Shown piece after piece: positions 1 to 9,789 of a DNA stretch of 64,000 nt. How positions within the stretch are numbered: position 1 is the first letter of the stretch; every line of letters begins with the position of its first letter. The stretch is taken from NCBI GenBank assembly GCA_002269645.1, contig NIVC01001023.1, forward strand, positions 62,001 through 126,000, read 5' to 3'. The notes under the pieces are model-generated. The model ran no database searches, was not told the DNA's origin, and saw only the letters and a program-made list of their open reading frames with translations. A program made the translations under genes and the position numbers. Source of the DNA: Macrostomum lignano (taxonomy: Eukaryota).

Positions 1-1025
1 TAAATGCAAACTATATCGCTAGCTGTTTATACTGGCCCAGCGGGGTGACAATTTTTGTGGCATTTTGATGCCCCGCTATTGTTGGAAAGGCCAGGATCGC
101 GAGAGGGGGGAATTGTGGCGTTCGAAATACAAAAAGATGATTAAGAATTTCCGACAGCAGCTGAGGCCTCAGCAGAGCATTTCGCTTCTTTTCAACAAGC
201 TTTAAATTTTACAGCATCGCCAGTTTTCTGTTGTAGCAACAGGCGGAGGGGTTGTTCGTTGCCCCGTAAGCTGCAATCGCAGTAAAGAAGCAGTCCTGAG
301 CTGCACTCATTCCAGTTTTTATCTAGGGTGAGAATTGCATTACAATTCGCAAACTGCAGAAATCTGGATCTTTAGTCGAGGTGCTACTGACTAAATGCAA
401 TTAGCAAAATATTGTTTTTATAAGACCTCATCAGCAGCTGCCAGCCAGACAAGTGGCATCGTCATGCATTCAATTTGTTCTGTATTCGCTAGAGCAAGCA
501 TCAAACCCTTTCGTGTGGAACTTAACTATACAGAAGAGTAGAGGCCGAATTTTGTTGGCATGTATCATTTTATGACAGAGTAACATGCACATTTGGGGCA
601 TGTCTTTAAAGCTAGCTGTTTACTTTCAGTAACGTGTGAATGTACATGCATTTATATAAGTATAAAATATGAATTTACGCGAGAAAAAGGGACAGGGGCC
701 GCGGACCCCAAGTCGAAAGAGGCAACCAATTAGATTGACGAATGACAAGAATTCAACTTTTGGTAGTACAGTCTTTGGGTGCAGTTGTTACACACGAAGC
801 TTCACTACAGTGTTGTAAAAGTGTGTAAATAATAAATAGAAGGTCGCAGTTTTAATTGTACATTAATAATTATTTCAAACAAATATTTAATTGTGGTCAA
901 GTTGGCTGCGAAATGTTCTCAAAGCTGAAAATTACCCGTTCTTTCCATCGAATGTGTAACCCTCTCTCCCAGGTAACTCGACCTTTTCTTCCTGGTGGCT
1001 CATGAGAGCAATATTTTAGTCTGCA

Positions 1026-1038
1026 CCCCCTCCCTCCC
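1026..1038 (-). promoter_or_regulatory. Candidate polypurine tract
   Basis: GGGAGGGAGGGGG on the minus strand followed by TG, about 490 nt after the reconstructed pol end. Confidence 0.5.
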
Positions 1039-1852
1039 ATGCCACACTCTCGTTTGAAACTAGACTATCGTTTAGACCACTCGGACCCAGATTCCAAGAA
1101 TACGAGAGAACCCTAAGTGTAAGCTGTAAGCCGAGGCTTCCCGACCCAATCAACTCCTCTCCCAACTAGCCACGGCGCCGGAACCGACCTCGGAACCAGA
1201 CGAACAGAGACCCTATGGTGCTCTGTACAGCCACACAGGCTTGACAACGGCGGCAGAAAACGCGCTAAAGACCGACAAGCGCTACTTACTTACGGACGAA
1301 ACGCGATTGAATGACGATGCAAATTAACTAAACTCTAGGACTGCGTTTACCGTAAACTACATGTATGAACTGTATGATGTATAATGTATGAACTCAGTAC
1401 TTTGTTGTCTTGGAACAACCCTGTTTGTTTTATTTTGTGACAATTATATTAGTTTTTATGCGTTTTTAAAGGAATATTTTCTGAATATTAATTTTACCCG
1501 GTCCGAGCGAGTTGCGATCGATTTTTATTAATTAAATAGCTGTGCTAGAAAATTTCGAAAACGTGCCGGTTTGGTAACAATCCTTCCGGATCTAGTCGTA
1601 TGTGTCGATTGAGGCAAGGAAATGGCGTCAATCTGTTCTTGTGGAGCGACAGCTTCCATCGTGGTCTCACTGTCAGGATCCTCGATGGCTTCTACCGGCA
1701 TACCGGCTTCCCCCTAACGGGACTGTCTTCAGCCGGAGCTTGCTCCTCGGTGACATCTTCTGCCGCCTCCTCCAACAGATCGCCATTTTCATCGAACACA
1801 GCTCTGCCACTCTGTTTACCGTTCGAAACCTCGTGCGGATCACCTTCATCGA

Positions 1853-4800
1853 TTACTCCCGCCTCTCCTTCCAAGGGCTCCATCGGCGGGGTGGCACTGC
1901 AACTGGCAGGTCGGGAGTGGCAACTGTGGTAACCTGCTGGGACTCATCCACAGGCGCCGATGACGCACTTTCTGATACCTGGAGCGGTTGAGTCGCAGCA
2001 CTTTGATTGGAACCGTTGATGGAGCACGAAGACAACCAGGTAGACTGGTCGTCTCCTCGCAAGCCTACTCTTGACGACGGCATTCTGGCTGGCATGCGAG
2101 TCCCGTACCTGTCCACAACATCTTCATAAGTCTGTTTGCGCACACAGCGCTTCATCCGATCGACATTGTACACATTGTGAGACGGGTTGGGAATGCGCTC
2201 CAAAGGATTTATTCTAGCGAATTCTGGAATGAGTCTGTAATTCCTCTCCGAAATCTTTTGCACCACCTTGTATGGTCCAAACCAGACAGCACTGTCGAGG
2301 CCACGATGGTCGGCGTTGAGGACCCATACAAGATCGCCTATCTCGAAGTTAGAGTTCAGCGCGCTGCGGTCATAGTAGCGCTTTTGGCGCTCTTGGGCCT
2401 TTCCACGGGCATGGCGCGCAGCCGCTGATACCTCAACGAGCGTCTGGTGCAGATAATGTGCATACAGTTCAGGTCTGTACCTATCTTGAACTGGTGGATT
2501 ATGAACGAGATCCAGTGGCAGATTTAGCTCGTGTCCAAAGAAGATCTTTGCGGGAGAAAATCCAGTGGATTCGGCGACTGTTGCCCGAATCGAGAGAGCT
2601 GCTAGCCGGGCTGCAAGAGGCCAATCGAACTGCCGATCCAAGCAAATAGCACGAATCTGACCTTTAACTGTCTGTATCATTCGCTCAACCTTCCCGTTCG
2701 CTTGTGGACGTCGTGCTGTGACACGCGCCATGTCCACCTCGAGAAGTCGAGTGAGCTCAGATACGGTGCTGTTGACAAAGGCTGTACCGTTGTCCGAGAC
2801 TATCTGTTCCATGCACCCGTATCTCGCGATCCATTCGGTCAGGATATTGACTGCAGTCGTTTCCGCTGAGACATCGGCTACGGGAATGACCTCTACAAAA
2901 CCCGAAAATCGGTCAACCATCACGAGCAAGTACCTATATCCTGCTTGCTCGGGAAACGGACCAGCGTGATCAACGTGGACTACCTGGCCCGGGTAGCCCG
3001 AGAGTTCGGGCTGCAGCGGGGCTTTATGCTTCAGTTTTGACTTTTTTGTTCTGGCGCAGACGTCACACTCAGCTATGATTCCCTTGACATAAGTTTCTAG
3101 GTCGGCGATGGCGAAACGAGATCGAATAGCTGTCAGGGTTTTTGTGATGCCGCAGTGATTGAGCTGTCGGTGGTATTTTGACACCAACTCGACAACATCT
3201 GCGGTCTCTGGAATCACTAACAGCTTATTGACTGATTTTTTGTTCTTTTTCGGCTTAAGGTGATATAAGAGCCCATTTTCGACTTTCAGTTCATCGAACA
3301 GCGACCACAAGATTCTAACTTCACGACTGCAACTCTGCAGGCTAGCCTTAGGAGGCTTTTCTGTACGGCCCTGCACGCAATCGATCAGCTGAGCGATGTC
3401 AACGCAAGTCTCTTGTGATTCACGTGCCCATTCTAGTTCCGGGTCAACTGACTCGACTGAGGATTCGCTGGATGCCGATTGTTCGACTTCAGCTACCCTG
3501 ACTGCTAGTCGAGACGTTTCGATTGGCATTGTCGCTTCGACAGCGGCCTCTGTGACCGGAACTGTAGTGAAAAATGTGCACTGTGTTGATGTGTTGCTTG
3601 TGAATTTCTCGGTTTGACAGGCTGATGTTACTACTGTTTCGATATTGTGACAGCTCGTGACAGGCGAGTCTGTCTGGCAACATACGTCCGCTACAGAGCA
3701 TTGCACTGCGGCGTCAACTTGTTGCCTTCTGATGTTAACTGATGCTGACTTTTTAGCTTTCTCGCTTTTAAATTTCTCTTGAAATTTAGGTACCATGCTG
3801 CATGACGGACAGTCGAAGTGATCGGCACGAAAGCGAGGATTTCGGCTCAGCATATCTGCCGCCACATGGTCTTTCCCTGGCCGGTACTGGACCTCAAAGT
3901 CGTATTCTCCGACTCTTTCAAGAGCTGACTGTTCGATCTTGAATTCGTACAAATCTATGGTCGCGAGCCACTGCGCGAGCATGCCTGTGGCATGTTTCTT
4001 AGAATGAAGCCACTGCAGGGCTGCGGCATCCACTCTGACTGTGAAAGGTCGATCTAACAGATATGTACGAAAGTGTTCTAGCATGAGTACTAACCCTAGT
4101 AACTCGCGCATGGTTGCACAATAGTTCGACTGACTCTGTGAAAATTTCTTAGATGCGTACGCAACGACTTGTTCTGACCCATCTGGGCCAATCTGAGATA
4201 GCACGCCGCCAACTCCTTCAAGTGAACTGTCGCAGTCGAGCACGAACCCACGACTGTCGGGAGACAAGTCCGGATACGCTAATACCGGTGGGTTGCACAA
4301 ACAGCGCTTGAGTTCTTGGAACGCGCGTTCGTGGCGTTCTAACCACACGAACTTTTCCGAACCTTTAGCCAGCGCGTACAGCGGCGTGGCAATAACTGAG
4401 AATCGTTGTACGAATTTCCTATAATAGTTGGCAAAGCCAAGAAACGCCATTAACTGTTTCTTGTCTTTCGGTCTACACCACTCTTGGACCGCTCGAGTCT
4501 TGGCTGGGTCGGCTTCGATACCGTTAGACGAGACTATGAACCCTAAGAACTTAACTCTGTCTTTAAATAGCTCACACTTCGCAGGTTTAATCTTCAGATT
4601 GGCCTTGCGAAGTTGCCAAAGCACCAGCGCTAGGTGCGCGATCATTTGGTCATTATTGTGTGCTTTTATTATTATATCATCGAGGTAAATTAGGCTAACT
4701 TTCATAAGCAATGGTTGAAATACCTTGTGCATTAATTTAGCGAAATTCGCTGGGGCTGTTTTGATTCCGAATGGTATTACTTTCCAACGAAACGTGCCCT

Positions 4801-7504
4801 GTGGACAAGAGAAAGCTGTAAAATCTCTGTCTTCTTCTTTGATTCCCACCTGCCAATAGGCAGAGGTTAAATCAAGGCTGCTGAACACCGAAGAACCAGC
4901 CAGGCTGTCAAACGACTCTTCAATTAATGGCAATGGAAAACTACACGGTCGAATTAACTTGTTTACAGCTCGATAGTCAATACATAGTCTCTGAGACCCG
5001 TCTTTCTTCTTAACTAACACTATCGGTGATACCCAGTCTGAATCACACTCTTCAATTACACCCTGCTTAAGCAATTGACTAATATGTTGATCTAAAAACT
5101 CCTTTTGAGCTGGAGTTGTTCTCCTCGAAGCGAGCAGAACCGGACGACTGTCCTTCTCAATCAGATCGATTGACATTTCATGTAGCTTTGTGCGACCGAG
5201 ATCACTATCATCCTGTGAGATCTGGCTTAAAAAGTAATTAAGCATGCGCAAAGTTAGGGCTAATTGATTTGGAGTCAGACTGGACTGGTCGAGTCGGAAC
5301 TGTTTCACAAGCCATTCTGCTGTACCTTTTTCTGGTGGTGGTAATCTTGAAAGCTTACTGTTGAGGAGATTGCAGTTGTCTATGGAAAAATCCTTCTCAG
5401 ACAAAGCAGTTGGTACTACAACTTCTCCATGACCGAGCTCTTGAAAAGATGCAATCTCTTGGTCACGCTCAATCCTAGCTGGTTGATCGCTACTATTTAG
5501 CAATCGGACTAACACGTGATTCGTCGGGCTGACTCTATCCACTGACCTAGCTACAAAAAATTCTGAGTCTGTATTGAAAAGTTTAGAGGAGACTGTGCCA
5601 CTCAGGTTTGGCACAGTGTCAATCACTCGACTCGGCACTAGGGTTTCCGAGTGAGGTGGTAGCTCAGAGGTACAAGCAGCCAATACACGGCGTATGCGAA
5701 ACACCCCCTTATCGCCCTCGATCACAGGCACTGCTCCACCGGCCACGAGTACCTGGCCACAGGTGAAATCCAGCAGCACCTGGAAACCACGGAGGAAATC
5801 AATACCTAAGAGCGATTCAGCAGTGGATTCTTCGGTCACAAGGAAAACGTGATGTTTTTTAATCTTGCCTAGTTCCACTTCGCAACGTAAAGAGCCTAAA
5901 ATCTGGGTGGTGGATCCGTTGAAAGCCGTCGCCTTTGCGCCTTTGTGCGCTGGCGAAAAGATGTTGTTGATCGGATCGGCTTCAACCAGTCTCTCCATGG
6001 CCTGCTTCCCCATCACGCTGGCGTTTGCCCCCGAGTCAAGGCAAGCCATAACTTGGTTGTCCCCGATTCGCAACTGGACAAAGAAGCTGGAATCCACCGC
6101 AGGCTCATCGGAACTAGTTTGGCCTGAATGCGTCTGATTGATCGATGGAATTGGCCTTACCCCACAAGCCTGATCGCGCTTCTTGTCAGAGTCAATTTTC
6201 CGATGGAATTGGACTCTTGTGCCTACGAGTTGGTGTTGGTCAGCGGAACGGTTCAAGGATTCAGACAGCTCACCACGGTGAAAGAAGAGCTGGTCGGGAA
6301 GTTGTTCTGATTGAATGAACCCGAAGTTCCCCTTCCAGGAAACAATTGAACCAACCTCCGACATATGCTGGGCCTGATTATTTGGAGGGTGACTCTTAGC
6401 AGCGGTCTGGTGAGCTATTGGAGGTGATGGTGTGATGGGACAGTCGGCAATGAAATGGTCCTCACCACCGCACCTGTAGCATTTCCTTGATCTGGACACC
6501 GCTGTACCAAATTGCAGAGTTGCCCCTTGATTTGGCTGTTGTTTATTCTTGTGCTTGTTATGTGGCTTGTGTTGGTTTGAATTTTGGATTGACTTGTTAG
6601 ATGGTTGTGGTTGATTGACAGCAACAGGCTTGGGAACACCAGTCTGGTTCTGGAGTCGAAGGAGTCTCTCTAGCTCTTCTACTCTTGCCTCCAAAGACGC
6701 CTTCTCGGTTTCAAGGACACGGATATTCGCAGAGGAGTTTGGAGCGGGTTGCAGAAGTTGCTGAATACCAACGATCTCCTTGGCCTTCTTAACCAACTCG
6801 GCAGACGGGACAGTCTTAGCCTTTGCCCCACTAGACTCATCACTCACCCCTGCATCACTGCTCCAAAGCAAGAGTTTTTCTGCGAGCACCTTATCCCGAA
6901 TGCCATGGCACAGCCTCGCTCGTAATAAAGGTTCAGCTTCAGTAGATGAGAGGTCTGCTAACCGGGCATAAGATGCTAACCTATCGTAAAACTCGGCAAT
7001 CGATTCGGTGCTGTTCTGGTGAGCGGCAACTAGTTCCATATAACTTTTCTCCCTAACGTTAGAGTCAGTGTAACGCGCTCTCATAGACTTCAGTGCCTCT
7101 TCACAGGTCTGGTCCGTGAGATTGTTATTTAGAAAGTACTCCTGGCATTCTGGTGCCAGAAGGGACAGCAGGACTGAAGTCTGTTGAAAGTGAGGAACCC
7201 TATGAGCTTCAATGTAGGCATTGAACTGAGCTTCCCAGGCATCAAACTTCGTGGTGCAAGTGAACAACGGTGGCGGCCGAAGCTTAATGCCTGTAGCTGT
7301 TTCCTTCTGTTGACTCTGGTAGAACGATTGAGAACGGGACTCTCTTGAGAATTGATTTTCTAACAACCGGTGCAGTGCGGCAATGGTACTAGCAAGGAGT
7401 GGCTCTGAGTCTGTAGTGTTGCTTGACACAAACTTTCTTTCCTGAGCAGAAGCGGCTGGATTTGGAGAGCCAGCAGTGGCACCCCTGTCCTCGCGGTCAC
7501 TCAT
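1853..7504 (-). CDS. Gag-Pol polyprotein, about 1883 aa from ATG 7504, no gag/pol frameshift
   Basis: Motifs: CCHC knuckle CYRCGGEDHFIADC (6440-6481), cold-shock-like domain (6149-6355), protease LDSG (DSG 6029-6037), RT LCIDYR and YLDD (4676-4687), RNaseH FVLDCDSS/YASKK, integrase HHCC and D-D-E (VHVDH, VSDNG, KVER), and GPY. The ORF-track start at 7834 is a non-ATG extension. Confidence 0.95.
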   Translation of the reverse strand: MSDREDRGATAGSPNPAASAQERKFVSSNTTDSEPLLASTIAALHRLLENQFSRESRSQSFYQSQQKETATGIKLRPPPLFTCTTKFDAWEAQFNAYIEAHRVPHFQQTSVLLSLLAPECQEYFLNNNLTDQTCEEALKSMRARYTDSNVREKSYMELVAAHQNSTESIAEFYDRLASYARLADLSSTEAEPLLRARLCHGIRDKVLAEKLLLWSSDAGVSDESSGAKAKTVPSAELVKKAKEIVGIQQLLQPAPNSSANIRVLETEKASLEARVEELERLLRLQNQTGVPKPVAVNQPQPSNKSIQNSNQHKPHNKHKNKQQPNQGATLQFGTAVSRSRKCYRCGGEDHFIADCPITPSPPIAHQTAAKSHPPNNQAQHMSEVGSIVSWKGNFGFIQSEQLPDQLFFHRGELSESLNRSADQHQLVGTRVQFHRKIDSDKKRDQACGVRPIPSINQTHSGQTSSDEPAVDSSFFVQLRIGDNQVMACLDSGANASVMGKQAMERLVEADPINNIFSPAHKGAKATAFNGSTTQILGSLRCEVELGKIKKHHVFLVTEESTAESLLGIDFLRGFQVLLDFTCGQVLVAGGAVPVIEGDKGVFRIRRVLAACTSELPPHSETLVPSRVIDTVPNLSGTVSSKLFNTDSEFFVARSVDRVSPTNHVLVRLLNSSDQPARIERDQEIASFQELGHGEVVVPTALSEKDFSIDNCNLLNSKLSRLPPPEKGTAEWLVKQFRLDQSSLTPNQLALTLRMLNYFLSQISQDDSDLGRTKLHEMSIDLIEKDSRPVLLASRRTTPAQKEFLDQHISQLLKQGVIEECDSDWVSPIVLVKKKDGSQRLCIDYRAVNKLIRPCSFPLPLIEESFDSLAGSSVFSSLDLTSAYWQVGIKEEDRDFTAFSCPQGTFRWKVIPFGIKTAPANFAKLMHKVFQPLLMKVSLIYLDDIIIKAHNNDQMIAHLALVLWQLRKANLKIKPAKCELFKDRVKFLGFIVSSNGIEADPAKTRAVQEWCRPKDKKQLMAFLGFANYYRKFVQRFSVIATPLYALAKGSEKFVWLERHERAFQELKRCLCNPPVLAYPDLSPDSRGFVLDCDSSLEGVGGVLSQIGPDGSEQVVAYASKKFSQSQSNYCATMRELLGLVLMLEHFRTYLLDRPFTVRVDAAALQWLHSKKHATGMLAQWLATIDLYEFKIEQSALERVGEYDFEVQYRPGKDHVAADMLSRNPRFRADHFDCPSCSMVPKFQEKFKSEKAKKSASVNIRRQQVDAAVQCSVADVCCQTDSPVTSCHNIETVVTSACQTEKFTSNTSTQCTFFTTVPVTEAAVEATMPIETSRLAVRVAEVEQSASSESSVESVDPELEWARESQETCVDIAQLIDCVQGRTEKPPKASLQSCSREVRILWSLFDELKVENGLLYHLKPKKNKKSVNKLLVIPETADVVELVSKYHRQLNHCGITKTLTAIRSRFAIADLETYVKGIIAECDVCARTKKSKLKHKAPLQPELSGYPGQVVHVDHAGPFPEQAGYRYLLVMVDRFSGFVEVIPVADVSAETTAVNILTEWIARYGCMEQIVSDNGTAFVNSTVSELTRLLEVDMARVTARRPQANGKVERMIQTVKGQIRAICLDRQFDWPLAARLAALSIRATVAESTGFSPAKIFFGHELNLPLDLVHNPPVQDRYRPELYAHYLHQTLVEVSAAARHARGKAQERQKRYYDRSALNSNFEIGDLVWVLNADHRGLDSAVWFGPYKVVQKISERNYRLIPEFARINPLERIPNPSHNVYNVDRMKRCVRKQTYEDVVDRYGTRMPARMPSSRVGLRGDDQSTWLSSCSINGSNQSAATQPLQVSESASSAPVDESQQVTTVATPDLPVAVPPRRWSPWKERRE

Positions 7505-7836
7505 GATCGGCTCGGCAACGATCGAGAAGGCAGCAAGAAAGAGAGAGAAAGCGGAAAACGAGAGAAGAACAAAAGCAAAAGCACACAGTGCCTGGCAGGA
7601 CCTAATGCCCAACCTAAAGGACCTAAAACTAAAATCACGCAAACCAAATGCTAACCTGCCAGACACGAGCCCTAAAAGACACACACAGAGGGATTCATAC
7701 CGGTTTACGAAACGTGATTGCGGGTTTAGCTGGTATCGTTGCTCGGGCAGTCGTAGATGGCCTCTGGCGGATGCAGACTGCGTCTCGGCCGATGTGCAGA
7801 TCGCTCCGGCCGATGTAGATCGTCTTTGGGCCACTT

Positions 7837-8097
7837 GCAGATAGCAGATCGCCTCAGCTCACCGCGGATCGACAGAAATCGTCGCAGGTCGCTGCAGATC
7901 GCCGCAGATCGTCTCAGATCGCCGCAGATCGTCTCAGATCGCCGCAGAACGTCGCAGATCGCCACAGATCGCCGCAGATCGTCGCAGATCGTCGCAGATC
8001 GTCGCAGATCGCCGCAGATCGTCGCAGATCGCCACAGATCGCCGCAGATCGTCGCAGATCGCCGCAGATCGTCGCAGAACGTTGCAGATCGCCACAA
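7837..8097. repeat. 10-bp tandem array (GCAGATCGYC)n in the retrotransposon 5' UTR
   Basis: About 22 near-perfect units such as gatcgccgca and gatcgtcgca, with degenerate edges. Confidence 0.9.
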
Positions 8098-8161
8098 ATA
8101 ACAACGCAAATAGGCAGATGGGTGATCTAAGACCTCCGAGGAGCCGTGCGGGTCGAGTTGA

Positions 8162-8179
8162 GTCTCGGTGGGACCTCCA
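8162..8179 (-). promoter_or_regulatory. Primer-binding site complementary to the tRNA-Gln 3' end
   Basis: Plus strand reads GTCTCGGTGGGACCTCCA, matching the eukaryotic tRNA-Gln end TCTCGGTGGGACCT-CCA. Confidence 0.85.
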
Positions 8180-8185
8180 AATTTA

Positions 8186-8830
8186 TGTGACGAATAAAGC
8201 GGAAGACTTTGTGTAGCGGATAATTGGGATTAATCTACGATCCAGCAGATCAGCAGCCGATTTTATCCTTAGCGTGAATTTGCAGATTTAGTATATTTGG
8301 ATTGGCACTTAATTTGATGCGCCTAGCAAGGGCCGGTCAGGATTCAGTTGATTGGTGGGTGGGCTGAGGCAGGCGGTAGAGGGTTAAGGTAGAGGCCAGA
8401 CAGCTAAGGGACCCGCAAGCTTAGAGCGAGAAGCGAAGCGACGAAGCAAAAGGAGAGAGCGGCCGCTGACTGCAAGTGTATTTTTATAATTGGTGAGTAA
8501 ACAAGATAACAACAAGCTTAATCCAAAAACCAGACAAACCCCACTCAGGCGAAATGTACATGTACAAATTAATCGATAAATATCATACAAGAATAACATA
8601 CGTCAGTACATGTACATAGGTAGGACTACTTTACGATAAATAATAACGATATGAATGAAATACAAATAATAGAATAAATACATAAGAGGCTACAAAAAAC
8701 AAAGCAACTAACAGTAAAAATAGCGCGATAATAATACGTACGAATATTGTTAAAATAAATGAAAGAATACGGTATGCATATGAAAATAAAGAAATACGAT
8801 ACACGCGATTCTACGAATCACACTGTCACA
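8186..8830 (-). repeat. 5' LTR of the Gypsy element, 645 bp
   Basis: Inverted termini TGTGAC/GTCACA, 6 nt from the PBS. TATAAAAA on the minus strand near 8482-8489. No flanking TSD, so it is not a solo-LTR insertion. Confidence 0.75.
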
Positions 8831-9789
8831 GGGTCACCTCGACATGCAGACCTCGCCCCCAAGAAATCTTATATCAAACCTCGTCCTTACAAACTCATTG
8901 TGCTGAATAAGTCTGTGCTGACTGCTGCTGTAAATTGCAGATCCCAGTTCCAACAGCCCCTGCGTGGTCCCGACGCCCAACGAGTCTAAAGTCAATCACT
9001 TTCACACCAATTTAGCCTCGCTGCCACTGCACCACATGATTCATCATGGCACAACTTGGCAAGTTGCCATGACAAATGACAATGACCGATTGACCATTAT
9101 GATGGCATTAGTGTTGCATTAAAGTGTAGAATCCAAAGCCGAAAAGTAGCAAATAATGGAAATAAAATTACAAGTTAAACAATTCAAGTCATAAGTCAAA
9201 CAAATCACTCTAACCAGTTAGGCTATTGCCGCTATAACCTTGTTTTTAGCTTTACCTTTAAATATGTAAAAATGTAAATTTAGGTTATTAGTTCAGCTTA
9301 AATATTATAATTTATTTTTTAAATTATTAAATTTTTTAATATATAATTTAATTCATTAATTTTTTTTATCTTTAAGCTTCTTGTTCTTTACAATAAACCT
9401 TCCTTCTTTACATTTGCTAGCGCTAGCCTAGGCCTAGCAAATGAGCTATTGAATCATATGAATAATGCACAAAATGATCAAATTTGATATATTATAAATT
9501 ATAATTTTTGCTTTTATTTTTCATAATAATATCCACAAGCCTTTATTTATAAGACTTATTTAGAAAGGCCAAATAAAAACCACTAAGGTTATAAGTAAAG
9601 AATAGGCCAAAGACAAGGTACCTATCTTAGTTATTTATTTCTTATTAAAAACAATGAGAATAGGCCTAAATTGACTATAAAAGCATTTTATGTCATTGTG
9701 GTTTTCATATTTTGCATTTTCTTTTTTTGTCAACTAATTAGTCTGTCTATTTAAATTTAATTAAAAATCTGAAATATGAGTATCCATTT

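Larger units (their letters stand above)
1026..8830 (-). mobile_element. Ty3/Gypsy LTR retrotransposon, near full length; 3' LTR not found in window
   Basis: Domain order is Gag-CCHC, PR, RT, RNaseH, IN in one ORF. A PBS lies at 8162-8179, a TGTGAC...GTCACA-bounded LTR at 8186-8830, and a PPT-like tract at 1026-1038. Confidence 0.93.

Noticed and set aside
7505-7834. 110-aa N-terminal extension of Gag in the ORF track
   Set aside because: It has a non-ATG start and a low-complexity F/S/L-rich translation of the leader; ATG 7504 is the plausible start.
8186-8830. Independent solo LTR in plus orientation
   Set aside because: The flanks (ATTTA / GGGTC) show no TSD and it abuts the PBS.
9411-9443. 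10-bp-stem CTAG-rich hairpin as a Helitron end
   Set aside because: There is no supporting 5' end or RepHel remnant, and CTAG is locally common.
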